DNA from: Candidatus Cryptobacteroides merdigallinarum
GTDB lineage: Bacteria > Bacteroidota > Bacteroidia > Bacteroidales > UBA932
Reading direction: 5' to 3'
Length of the DNA stretch: 64,000 nucleotides
Assembly (NCBI GenBank): GCA_017694655.1
Contig: JADIMQ010000003.1
Coordinates: 1,963-65,962, forward strand
Shown one piece after another: positions 40,558 through 49,594 of this stretch. The number at the start of each line of letters is the position of its first letter. Position 1 is the stretch's first letter. The notes under the pieces are model-generated. The model searched no databases, was not told the origin of the DNA, and saw only the letters and a list, made by a program, of their open reading frames with translations. A program made the translations under genes and the position numbers.

Positions 40558-41489
40558 TTCCGCTATATGCTTCCATACTGGCCTCCACAGGAGGGATATG
40601 GAGTACGCTCCAGAATGTTACCGGTGAAATAATCGGCGACAAGCTGGGCGGGTTCCAGTCAATAGCCGTCGTCCTGGCGGCCATGCTCGCCGCCTTCACG
40701 GTGCTGAAGAACTCATCCGACTACATACAGGGGGAATCAAGATTCCTCTGGCCGGTCATGAGGCCTGTTGTCATATTAGTCTGCGTGATGCACTTTCCGG
40801 TCATGTGCGGCATGCTTGACGGCGTCATAAACATATTCACGCGGGAGATCGCCGCAGAGTCCGAGTCAAGTTTCTCGGATCTCGGCGAGGCGATAGAGGG
40901 AGCATTCTCGTCAATCGGCGAGGACACGGAGTCTCAGGCTGACGAGGCAGACGGGGATGTGGCGGACGGCGGCTGGAGTTTCTGGAACAGGCTGAAGACA
41001 GGATTCAGAATAGCGGCAGGATCATACTTCAAGACGAAGCAGATCTCCACGCTCACGGTGCTCACATTCATCGGCCGGGCATTGGCCGAAATAATATTCT
41101 TCGTCTACGAGATTCTCGCGTCCCTGTACCTGGGACTGCTCAAGCTCCTTGGCCCGATAATCCTGGCGATATCGATCCCGGAGGAACTGAAGAGCGGAGT
41201 CCAGGGATGGATATCCAGATATGTGCAGATCTCGCTGTGGATTCCGGTGGGCTATGTGATAATAATGTTCCTGACCGGGTATTTCCGGGCAATATGCGAC
41301 CTGATCATCAGCGGCGGCTTCATATCAGGGGCCTTCGTGATAGGGCTCGGGCTCATAATAGCAGTGGTGGCAGCCACCATGTCGATACCGAAGCTGGCGT
41401 CATGGACCATCCAGTCATCGGGATCCGCCAACGCACAGTCCGGCATGGAAAGGTCCATGATGGGCATACTCAGAAAATTCATAAAATGA
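40554..41489 (+). CDS. traJ: TraJ (VirB6-like) inner-membrane protein
   Basis: WPVMRP, LGPIILAISI, WISRYVQISLWIPV, IPKLASWTIQSSG. Confidence 0.85.
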   Translation: MIPLYASILASTGGIWSTLQNVTGEIIGDKLGGFQSIAVVLAAMLAAFTVLKNSSDYIQGESRFLWPVMRPVVILVCVMHFPVMCGMLDGVINIFTREIAAESESSFSDLGEAIEGAFSSIGEDTESQADEADGDVADGGWSFWNRLKTGFRIAAGSYFKTKQISTLTVLTFIGRALAEIIFFVYEILASLYLGLLKLLGPIILAISIPEELKSGVQGWISRYVQISLWIPVGYVIIMFLTGYFRAICDLIISGGFISGAFVIGLGLIIAVVAATMSIPKLASWTIQSSGSANAQSGMERSMMGILRKFIK

Positions 41490-41499
41490 CACATGACAT

Positions 41500-42129
41500 A
41501 TGGAAAAGATCATCAAGGAACTGACAACAATCAAGTCAAGCATGTCGAACATGAGGACGGCGGCAATTTCGGCGCTGGTGACGGCAGGCCTGGTCGCCGT
41601 CGCGTCCACGGGACTCGCCATAATGTTCGTCAGGGAGAATTCATCAAACATATACATCCTTGACAGGGGTACAGCGGCAACCGCCTCCCTCGGAGAGGCC
41701 GATTCGCAGAGAGAACTCGAGGTGCGTGACCATGTGATACGCTTCCACGAGCTGATGATGAACCTCTCGCCGTCCAGCGACGCCATCAAGACCAACATCG
41801 ACAGGGCGCTCACGATGAGCGACAGGTCAGCATTCAACTACTGGCAGGACCTCTCGGAGACAGGATTCTACAACAGGCTTGTATCAGCGAACATAAGCCA
41901 GCAGTTCAGCCTGGACTCCATAAGCACGGACATGGCGTCATACCCGTACCGGTTGGAGGTATTCGGGAAACTCTACCTCATACGGGAAAGCAACATAACC
42001 GCATACCGGATAAGGACCTCCTGCCAGCTCGTGGACATAGGCAGGTCAAAGGACAACCCGCACGGACTGATGATAGAGCAGTTCAGAGTGGTGTCGAACG
42101 ACAAGATAGGGACAAGGAAGAGGAACTGA
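41500..42129 (+). CDS. traK: TraK (VirB8-like)
   Basis: IYILD.G, HV.RFHEL...LSP, NI.RAL..D.SA, GFYNRLVS.N, RSKDNPHGLMIE. Confidence 0.9.
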   Translation: MEKIIKELTTIKSSMSNMRTAAISALVTAGLVAVASTGLAIMFVRENSSNIYILDRGTAATASLGEADSQRELEVRDHVIRFHELMMNLSPSSDAIKTNIDRALTMSDRSAFNYWQDLSETGFYNRLVSANISQQFSLDSISTDMASYPYRLEVFGKLYLIRESNITAYRIRTSCQLVDIGRSKDNPHGLMIEQFRVVSNDKIGTRKRN

Positions 42130-42131
42130 CG

Positions 42132-42275
42132 ATGAAAAGGACAGGAGAGAAGCCCTCAAGGGCGGCAGGCCAACCGGCAAAGGGAGGAGTGCCCCGGAAC
42201 ATACTGACAGTGACGCTGGTCCTGTTCTGCATCGCCGCGGCACTAATAGAATTGATATCAAGCATACTGCAATGA
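42132..42275 (+). CDS. Small single-TM protein in the TraL position (47 aa)
   Basis: Hand translation MKRTGEKPSRAAGQPAKGGVPRNILTVTLVLFCIAAALIELISSILQ*; fills the traK-traM gap. Confidence 0.55.
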   Translation: MKRTGEKPSRAAGQPAKGGVPRNILTVTLVLFCIAAALIELISSILQ

Positions 42276-42276
42276 C

Positions 42277-43380
42277 ATGAAGCTATCCAGGAAACAGACA
42301 AAGGGAATAATGCTCATCATCGGAGCCGTTTTCCTTCTCGTGGTCGGGCTGAAGGTATCCGGCCTGACAGGCGGGAAGGACGCAGGAAGGAAGGCTGCGG
42401 AGCGGGACTCTGCAGAAACGGGAATACCCGATGCGGAGAGGACTGAAATGGAGGAGTCGAAACTGGACGCCTACCTCGCGGCGGAAAGGATATGGGACGC
42501 CAATGAACGGTATTCCGACGAAGACCCTTACAGTGCAGATCCCGTAGACGGAGGTACGGACCAGGAGAAGGACGACGGCATCATATACAGGGAAATCACC
42601 GGTTCCAGCCCGTCGCATGGCCGCGACAGGGAAAAAGCATCCTCCGGGCGTCCGCCCGCCCCTGGCGACGCGGGGTACCGGAAATACAGGATGCGGAAAT
42701 ACTACGACAACGCCGACAGCACAATCGGGCACGGGAAAGCGGCCGGGGACAGCACCGCTTCCGGACCGGATGCAAGGGACAGCCTGGTGCAGGACGGGAA
42801 CGGCATGCCGCCTTCCGGGGGAAGCGCAGCCGTCCGCAGGTCATCGGCCATGTCGTCCCTTGACGGGGCGGATGGCAACGCGGGATTCTCGTCGCTGTCA
42901 GGAGGGACTGATGAGCTCGTCACAGAGTCGGAACACCCGTTCGCCTGCATGTTCGTCAGGGAGGAGAAGCTGAAGGACGGGACGAGAGTGTCCATCAGGC
43001 TCCTGGAGGACATGGTGGTCAACGGCACCCTTATCCCGGAGAACACACACCTGATGGCCACATGCAGCATCAGGGAGAGGCTGGAGCTCACAATATCGAA
43101 CATAGAGATGAACTCCAGGATATACACGCTTGGATACGAGGCATATGACAGCGACGGAGGGAAGGGAATATACTGCCCGGACCTGAACGGTAACGCCGCA
43201 AGGACGGCAAAGAGCAGGGGGCTGTCCACCATCGGCTCCGTCATCGGAGGGAGGGTCGGAAGGCTCGCTTCATCGGCCGTAAGGACAGGCGTATCCATAG
43301 CCCAGAGCAGGAACGGGGAGATAACCGTCACGGTGCCCGCCGGATACAGGTTCTTCATTTTAAGGACAAAAAACAGATAA
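42277..43380 (+). CDS. traM: TraM (VirB10-like)
   Basis: N-terminal TM; SKLDAY; G.RV.IRLLE...IP.NT.L, RL.L.I..I, AYD.DG..GIYCP. Confidence 0.85.
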   Translation: MKLSRKQTKGIMLIIGAVFLLVVGLKVSGLTGGKDAGRKAAERDSAETGIPDAERTEMEESKLDAYLAAERIWDANERYSDEDPYSADPVDGGTDQEKDDGIIYREITGSSPSHGRDREKASSGRPPAPGDAGYRKYRMRKYYDNADSTIGHGKAAGDSTASGPDARDSLVQDGNGMPPSGGSAAVRRSSAMSSLDGADGNAGFSSLSGGTDELVTESEHPFACMFVREEKLKDGTRVSIRLLEDMVVNGTLIPENTHLMATCSIRERLELTISNIEMNSRIYTLGYEAYDSDGGKGIYCPDLNGNAARTAKSRGLSTIGSVIGGRVGRLASSAVRTGVSIAQSRNGEITVTVPAGYRFFILRTKNR

Positions 43381-43384
43381 GCAT

Positions 43385-44209
43385 ATGAAACAATTCATTT
43401 TAACTATTGCTGCGGCCATGATCTCCGCAGCCGTGGCAACAGCCCAGAACGACACGCTTAAGGTTTCCTCACTGTTCACGACCCACATCATTTTCTCCAC
43501 GGACGTGTCCTACGCCGACATGTCGAACAGCAGGACAATTGCAGCGAAAGTCGTCGAGCAGAACAAGAACATGATAGCGCTGAAGGCCAGGGAGCCGTTC
43601 TCGGAGCCGTGCTCCGTATCTGCGCTGGAATCGAACGGAAAGATGTGGACATTCATTGTCGTATCCGACGAACATCCCGAGGAGCTCATAGTGGACACCC
43701 GCAAGGACACTGTCAGTCAGGACGCAGAACCGGACAGGGCAACAGCGCGGAGAGGAAGAAAGACCGCCAGCACATGGAAGACCGGGGACGCACCGAGCAT
43801 GGAGGAAGTGTCGAAGACAAAAAGGCAGCTGTATCACATCGTGACTTCGGGATACGGGATAACAGCCTCTTGTGAGAACCTGTTCTCGTATCTGGACATT
43901 ACATACATGACCCTTTCGGTCGAGAACTCCTCGGGGATAAGCTACCAGATAAACGACGCCACCTTCGTGATAGAGAGCCGCAAACACTCGAAAAGGACTG
44001 TCGAGTATGACCAGACCGTCTTTCCGAAGAGCAAATTCGGGTCGCTGTCGGCAGGCCCCGGAAAGACGGGCAGGATAGTATATTCATTCGACAAGATGAC
44101 ACTTTCACGAGACCAGGTGCTGCGGATATATCTGTACGAGACAGGAGGACAGAGGAACCTCGTCCTGTCCGTGGCCCCGGACGACATCAACAAGGCGAGG
44201 ACAATATGA
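43385..44209 (+). CDS. traN: TraN / DUF4138 (VirB9-like)
   Basis: TTHIIF...YAD, ALKA, N.S.ISY, R.VY.FDK.TL..D..L.I.LYE.GG.RNL. Confidence 0.85.
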   Translation: MKQFILTIAAAMISAAVATAQNDTLKVSSLFTTHIIFSTDVSYADMSNSRTIAAKVVEQNKNMIALKAREPFSEPCSVSALESNGKMWTFIVVSDEHPEELIVDTRKDTVSQDAEPDRATARRGRKTASTWKTGDAPSMEEVSKTKRQLYHIVTSGYGITASCENLFSYLDITYMTLSVENSSGISYQINDATFVIESRKHSKRTVEYDQTVFPKSKFGSLSAGPGKTGRIVYSFDKMTLSRDQVLRIYLYETGGQRNLVLSVAPDDINKARTI

Positions 44210-44562
44210 CAAAGCACCAGGACAACAGACGGACAAGGGAGGCGGACTGGAGGCTGCTTGACAAACCGATATGGCAGATGACGGGGGAAGAATTCTTCTC
44301 CCTGCTCAGGAAGACACTCTCTGAAACAAGCAAGGCGGATCATACGAGGAGAGTGGCGCACGGGCTAACGGAGCTCGGTGCCCACCTCGGATGCGGACGC
44401 ACGCAGACGGTGAAACTGAACAGGCTCGGAGTGTTCGACAAGGCGGTCATATCATCAGTCGGAAGGAAAAAGCTCTACGATGTGGACACAGCGCTGCAGT
44501 CCGCACTTGAATATGTAAAATCAGCAAGCAAGAAATATGACGATTATGGCCAAAAACATTAG
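44206..44562 (+). CDS. DUF3853-family HTH protein
   Basis: KPIWQMTGEEF, HGL.EL...LGC...T......G..D.A....GRK. Confidence 0.8.
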   Translation: MTKHQDNRRTREADWRLLDKPIWQMTGEEFFSLLRKTLSETSKADHTRRVAHGLTELGAHLGCGRTQTVKLNRLGVFDKAVISSVGRKKLYDVDTALQSALEYVKSASKKYDDYGQKH

Positions 44563-44881
44563 ATTTGAGCAGGAGGAGGTCGGACTGGAAGACCTCCTTA
44601 AAGGAATAACAGGACTGCGGAAAGACGTCCGCCAGATAAAGACAAGCCTCGTATCACAGACGAAGCCGGCATATACGAACAAGGAGGTGATGGAGATGTT
44701 CGGGATAGCATCCGCCACACTCAAGAAATGGAGGGATACTGGGCTGCTGGGGTATTCACAGGTAGGGAGCGTATATCTCTACTCGAAAGACGACATCGAC
44801 AAGTTTCTCAAGAGCAACCACTATGACACCTTCGCCAGTGACAAGGGATTCATAAGAAGCGTCCGCAAACTCGGCATGTAG
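44537..44881 (+). CDS. HTH_17 excisionase-like protein
   Basis: TNKEV.EMFGI...TL.KWRD.GLLGYSQVG...LY...DI..FL. Confidence 0.85.
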   Translation: MTIMAKNIRFEQEEVGLEDLLKGITGLRKDVRQIKTSLVSQTKPAYTNKEVMEMFGIASATLKKWRDTGLLGYSQVGSVYLYSKDDIDKFLKSNHYDTFASDKGFIRSVRKLGM

Positions 44882-44926
44882 GCCCAGACCCGGGAAGGGG
44901 CTGTCACTGCGGCATACATTTTCAAA

Positions 44927-44960
44927 ACAGGAAAAGGGACCTTCGGGCCCCTTTCCCTGT
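44927..44960. terminator. Hairpin between the convergent xis-like and integrase genes
   Basis: ACAGGAAAAGGGAC...GGCCCCTTTCCCTGT imperfect stem. Confidence 0.55.
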
Positions 44961-44962
44961 AC

Positions 44963-46288
44963 CTACATTTTGAAGTCGAGGATGCTCTTCACATCGTCCT
45001 TCACCTTCTCCTTGAGGAACTGGGCATAGGTCTTTTCCGTGGCCACCGTTGAAGAATGCCCCAGGAGCTTGCTCAGCATGTAGACTGACATCCCGTTGTT
45101 GATCGACATGACGGCAAAACTGTGCCGCGCGACATGCATTGTCACCGTGATGGGCAGGCCGGCATTCCTGCTTATGGTGGCGAGTGTCCTGTTTATCCCC
45201 TTGTCCTTCGCATTCCTGGCCATGAAAAGCTGCCGCTCATTGCCCGTGTCAAAGTCTTCAGGAAGACGGTTGAAGACGAACCGGTCATTGTAGCCGTACC
45301 GTTTCCAGCGTTCGAGAATCTCCATGGCCCCGTCTCCCAGCGGTATGTCAACATCATGCATCCTCTTGGTCTTCACCTGAACCTTCTTCAGTATTTTCCT
45401 TGCGAAGTCTATATGTTTCCATTCAAGCGTTATTATGTCCGAGCACCTGAGCCCGCAGGCATAGAACGAGAAAAAGAACATGTCCATTATGTCCCTTGCG
45501 TGCCTGCTCCGGAGACCCTTGCAATAGTCATGAAAATATATCATCTGGTCAGGCGTCAGATACTTGACCTTCTCTTCCCCGCTTGTGTCATCCTTGTATT
45601 TGGTCTCCCTGGTTATCAGGTAGTTGTTCACTATTGGGGCGATAGTTTTCTGGTCTATATCTCCGTTCCTTGCGGCATACTCAAGGGCAGCATACAAGGG
45701 GACAAGCGTCTTGTTGATGCCCTCCTTGCTGACATTCTTCAATACATCAAACCGGTAGCGCACATACTCGTCAAAGATGGACACCTTGATATTGTCAAAT
45801 GTAGGCTTCGGACCCTTGAGGTAATGGGTGTTGAACCTCTCGAATGCCTCGATGTACTTCTTCTTGTTGTACCATGTGGTATATCCGTACTTGTTGGACC
45901 TGTAGAACAGGTCGTTCACCTTATGCGCATATTCTACCAGGCCCTGTTCTTCGATTGCGGAATCCGGATCCGCCTTCCTCTTTTTGCCGAGGAGGAGGGC
46001 AGAAAGGCTTTCATAAGTCACACGCACACGCATATCGAGCATCTGTGTCCGTATTCTGTCGTAAAGGGTGCTCAGGTAATTGTTGATGCGCGCGGCATAG
46101 CGGTTGCGGCCCATCACCTCCTGCCTGTCACAGTCCCAGTCGTCCTCGTCTATCCAGATGTCAGTCGATCTCTTTACATATTTTCCATCGACAAAATACC
46201 TTAGGTATATGCACCGTTCCCCCTTGCTGTTCGGGGAGTTCAGGAGAACATAGTTCCCCTGGGGAATCTGTTGATTTACCTTTTCCAT
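44963..46288 (-). CDS. int: Tyrosine recombinase/integrase with arm-binding and SAM-like domains
   Basis: Catalytic set present: GLRCSD (R), KTK (K), HVARHSFA (HxxR), LGHS (H), TEKTY (Y); N-terminal IYLRY..STDI.I....WD. Confidence 0.95.
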   Translation of the reverse strand: MEKVNQQIPQGNYVLLNSPNSKGERCIYLRYFVDGKYVKRSTDIWIDEDDWDCDRQEVMGRNRYAARINNYLSTLYDRIRTQMLDMRVRVTYESLSALLLGKKRKADPDSAIEEQGLVEYAHKVNDLFYRSNKYGYTTWYNKKKYIEAFERFNTHYLKGPKPTFDNIKVSIFDEYVRYRFDVLKNVSKEGINKTLVPLYAALEYAARNGDIDQKTIAPIVNNYLITRETKYKDDTSGEEKVKYLTPDQMIYFHDYCKGLRSRHARDIMDMFFFSFYACGLRCSDIITLEWKHIDFARKILKKVQVKTKRMHDVDIPLGDGAMEILERWKRYGYNDRFVFNRLPEDFDTGNERQLFMARNAKDKGINRTLATISRNAGLPITVTMHVARHSFAVMSINNGMSVYMLSKLLGHSSTVATEKTYAQFLKEKVKDDVKSILDFKM

Positions 46289-46304
46289 AACATCATTATT
46301 ATCA

Positions 46305-46692
46305 CAAAGTTACCTTAAATTTTCTTCATCTCCCAATTTGCATGAAATGCGATTATATGCCGCAATAAATGCACTTTTCCGAGTGACTTTTTCTTTTTCG
46401 GGAACTCTGTTGCCTAATGCGGATTTTAAGGTAACTTTGAGCCGTCCGGCTTCTGAATCGTAAGTTTTATCAGATGTCATCATATGCGATGATGTTTACA
46501 AGCCGTTTTTTCTCAAGAGTTTACCAAAAACCGTCCTTTTTTTCAAATACGGTGAAATTAGGTAACTTGTAAGGTAACTTGTAAAACTATAAGATGCGAC
46601 TGAATGCGATAGAATGCGGTTTTTATACAACAAGCCCCACCTAAAGTTTTACTTTAAGTGGGACTTGTAATTAACTAACAATCAGTTAGTTA
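46305..46692. repeat. att-like region with repeated AGGTAACTT sites
   Basis: 15-bp perfect IR at 46305-46319/46425-46439; tandem AGGTAACTTGTA at 46560-46583; ATGCG repeats about 10 bp apart at 46594-46618; hairpin 46630-46668; TAACTAAC/GTTAGTTA IR. Confidence 0.7.
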
Positions 46693-46696
46693 TACA

Positions 46697-46918
46697 TCAG
46701 TATTCCTCCTCGTTGAAGAAAAAGTCATCCTTTGTGGGATAATCCGGCCAGATATCCTCGATGCTTTCATATATCTCGCCGTCGTCCTCGAGTTCTTCAA
46801 GATTCTCGACCACCTCGAGCGGCGCTCCGGAACGCGTGGCATAGTCGATTAGTTCCTCTTTGGTAGCCGGCCAGGGAGCGTCTTCAAGCCTGTACGCAAG
46901 TTCAAGTGTCCAATACAT
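46697..46918 (-). CDS. DUF2795-domain protein (highly conserved in Bacteroidota)
   Basis: MYWTLELA..LEDAPWPATK.ELIDYA.RSGAP.EV.ENL...IWPDYP...DFFFNEEEY. Confidence 0.95.
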   Translation of the reverse strand: MYWTLELAYRLEDAPWPATKEELIDYATRSGAPLEVVENLEELEDDGEIYESIEDIWPDYPTKDDFFFNEEEY

Positions 46919-47091
46919 AATTAAATTCAGTTTTATATCGTTTATTTTCAGGTGTTTGCATCCAAATTTAACAACAGGGTGTCCAAACAGGACGCAAATA
47001 TATACAAAAAAAATATAAGATGGATTCTTTTTGCTATTTTTGCGACGCATTGCGTAGACAATTTGCGTACCATACTTAAACGGTTTGCACT

Positions 47092-47679
47092 ATGGCATAT
47101 ACGAAAGAAGACATATACACGGACAACACCACGGAACTAATTGCGGGGCATTACCGGGAAATACTCCGGCTCCTGGGGGAAGACCCTGACCGCGAGGGAC
47201 TTGTTAAAACTCCGGAACGCGTCGCCAAGGCACTCCAGTTCCTTACCCAGGGCTACGGGCAGGACGGGGCGGAAATCATAAGGGGAGCCATATTCAAGGA
47301 AGAATACCGGCAGATGGTCCTGGTAAGGGATATCGAGCTCTACTCCACCTGCGAGCACCATGTGATGCCGTTCATAGGCAAGGCCCACGTGGCGTACATC
47401 CCGGACGGCTATATTACCGGGTTGAGCAAGATCGCCAGGGTGGTCGAGACATACGCCAGGCGTCTCCAGGTACAGGAAAGGCTGACCGTGCAGATACGGG
47501 ACTGTATCCAGCAGACACTGCATCCCCTCGGCGTGGCCGTGGTCATAGAGGCTGCGCATACGTGCATGCAGATAAGGGGGGTCCAGAAAGCCAACGCCAT
47601 CACCACCACCTCGGCTTTCTCCGGGGTCTTCCTGAAAGATGAAAGGACAAGGAACGAATTCCTGAACCTGATAAGATGA
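47092..47679 (+). CDS. folE: GTP cyclohydrolase I
   Basis: [60 protein letters not shown]. Confidence 0.97.
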   Translation: MAYTKEDIYTDNTTELIAGHYREILRLLGEDPDREGLVKTPERVAKALQFLTQGYGQDGAEIIRGAIFKEEYRQMVLVRDIELYSTCEHHVMPFIGKAHVAYIPDGYITGLSKIARVVETYARRLQVQERLTVQIRDCIQQTLHPLGVAVVIEAAHTCMQIRGVQKANAITTTSAFSGVFLKDERTRNEFLNLIR

Positions 47680-47733
47680 GAAAAGCCCCGCAGGGCAGTG
47701 ACCCGAGCCTGCGGCCCGGACAGATATAAATCC

Positions 47734-47859
47734 GGCGGTGCATCAGGCCGGGCCTGCAAGGTCCTTACGGTCGGGGCGACATGAATTTTATTGACGTAGA
47801 TGGCTTTGTCCCGGATCCGTACGGTAACCTTGCGGATTTGCCCGCTGTGATGCACCGCC
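47734..47859. repeat. 126-bp imperfect palindromic element
   Basis: Terminal 12-bp perfect IR GGCGGTGCATCA/TGATGCACCGCC with nested GCAAGGT/ACCTTGC and TACGG/CCGTA. Confidence 0.6.
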
Positions 47860-47933
47860 TCTTCCAACAATATGAGTGATATAAACCTTCCGGACAAGGA
47901 CGTTCCCGGCCCGGAAGGATGCCATGTGGAATG

Positions 47934-49418
47934 TCAGAGTGCGGACAGGTCCACTTCCACTGCAGCCGGATAGACCCGCTGCGGGTCGAAGAATGTCGCA
48001 CAGCTGTTTACCATGTGCTTGAGGTCAGCTTCCGGGATACCGCGGAACGCCTCTTTGCCGTTGACCGTGAGCACGACCTCCTGTCCGAGGTCCACAAGCT
48101 CGTCGCAAAGGTAGACGGTGAACCTGCCGGATGTCGCCGGAGAGAAGCTCTTCTCTATCTCATGCTCCACTCCGCTCGTGGACGACAGCACGGTGTAGGT
48201 GGCCTTCTGTAAAGTTATATTGATTGCATTGCCCTCTATTGTCATCTCGTAGCACCACCTCTCGTTCGTGCTCTGGCGCTCCTGGACGGAAATGTTGTAG
48301 AAGCCTTTTCTCCTGATCCCGTCCATCGCGAAGTCTTCCCAGTACAGGTATTTAGGGTACGGGTTCCTTCGGTGCTGGGCAAGCCACGGGGTAGTCTTGT
48401 CGAAGTCGTACTTGAGGTCATGGCCCTTGCCGGCAACCTGCTCAATGTAGTGTTTGTAGTAGCCTGGCTTGGCGGCTTCGAGCTTGTCGAACCATTTCTT
48501 GGCATATCCTGTAAGCACACTTCTGCCGTACGACGCGTCATTTGCCCCGGTACGCAGGGAGAATGCTATGTTCGCACAGTTCTCGGGCGGGGCGTTCCGG
48601 AGGGGCTCGCCTCCGGCCATGGGACCGGCACCTGCAAGATAGTCTGCGTAGAACGATGCCAGGCGCTGGCTTCCGTACCCTCCTTCGGATATACCGAAGA
48701 AATATACCTTGTCAGGGTCCACATCACCTGAAACAAATGCGAGCCTGAGGAGCTTTTCCCATGCATACTGCTTGGACTTCTGGTACCATCTGTACCACTG
48801 GCCCGTGTTAGGTATCTTCGGGATGAAGTAGACGCAGGGCGCATCGTTGAACCTCGAGGCATAGATATGGCCGTTGGACCACTCGGTGTCCCTGTTTCCG
48901 GAGCCGTGCAGGTAGAGGAACAGAGGCCATCCGCCTTCAGGCTTGCTGCCCTTCGTCCCCCAGTAGTAGTTCATGACCGCGTTCGGCTCGAGTTCCTGAG
49001 GCAGGGTCCATTTGCCGGTCTGCTTGTTGGCGAGAGGGGCAAGGCCCGGGAGCTTGTCTTCTGCCAGCTGCATGTTGGCCTGCTTCCATGCTTCCCAAAC
49101 ATCCTTTGCAGTAGCCGCAGTGTCATAGTTCTCAAGCGGAATGCCCTCCCCGAAGGCTGTCTGGGCCCCGGAAAGGACTTCCGAGAAATACGACTGTATC
49201 TTCAGCTTCTCCTCCTCGGTCAAAGTCTTCGGAGGCTCCGGTTCTGGTTCTGGTTCCGGCTCTGGCTCCGGTTCCGGTTCAGGCTCGGGTTCTGGTTCCG
49301 GCTCCTGTTCCTCTGTCCCTGCCGGCGGCTGGGACACCAATGTCTCTGTCGTACAGCCTGTGCCCGACACTGCCATCATAAGGCAGCAGAGCCCTGTCAA
49401 AATGCTGATCCTTTTCAT
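47934..49418 (-). CDS. Lipoprotein alpha/beta-hydrolase with (Glu-Pro)12 stalk
   Basis: Lipobox GTGC; EP repeat at 49233-49304; PLFLYLHGSG, nucleophile elbow GISEGG, GKGH. Confidence 0.8.
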   Translation of the reverse strand: MKRISILTGLCCLMMAVSGTGCTTETLVSQPPAGTEEQEPEPEPEPEPEPEPEPEPEPEPEPPKTLTEEEKLKIQSYFSEVLSGAQTAFGEGIPLENYDTAATAKDVWEAWKQANMQLAEDKLPGLAPLANKQTGKWTLPQELEPNAVMNYYWGTKGSKPEGGWPLFLYLHGSGNRDTEWSNGHIYASRFNDAPCVYFIPKIPNTGQWYRWYQKSKQYAWEKLLRLAFVSGDVDPDKVYFFGISEGGYGSQRLASFYADYLAGAGPMAGGEPLRNAPPENCANIAFSLRTGANDASYGRSVLTGYAKKWFDKLEAAKPGYYKHYIEQVAGKGHDLKYDFDKTTPWLAQHRRNPYPKYLYWEDFAMDGIRRKGFYNISVQERQSTNERWCYEMTIEGNAINITLQKATYTVLSSTSGVEHEIEKSFSPATSGRFTVYLCDELVDLGQEVVLTVNGKEAFRGIPEADLKHMVNSCATFFDPQRVYPAAVEVDLSAL

Positions 49419-49594
49419 TTTCAATACTATGTATAATTATATTTAGAAACTGTCCTGTTTTTTCTGGAAAATTTTTATGGGACCCGCGGGCCACTGACTG
49501 TTGCACTTCGGTGTTGAATCTTCAAAAATTTTTATGGCCCTTGCCGGCATAATTTTCCTGAATTCTTTTAGCGAGATAGCTCTGGTCTCACCTG

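Larger units (their letters stand above)
29778..46700. mobile_element. Integrative conjugative element backbone (right end near 46.7 kb; left end not located, may include 1-29.7 kb)
   Basis: TraE/F/G/J/K/M/N-like operon, two HTH proteins, intact tyrosine integrase, and a repeat-rich att-like region next to a conserved housekeeping-type gene. Confidence 0.85.

Noticed and set aside
46305-46439. Invertible promoter bounded by the 15-bp IR upstream of int
   Set aside because: The same core recurs as direct tandem copies at 46560-46583, which fits integrase arm sites better; inversion cannot be excluded without reads.
49233-49304. Phase-variable simple sequence repeat
   Set aside because: In-frame 6-bp units with heterogeneous codons; slippage would not switch expression.
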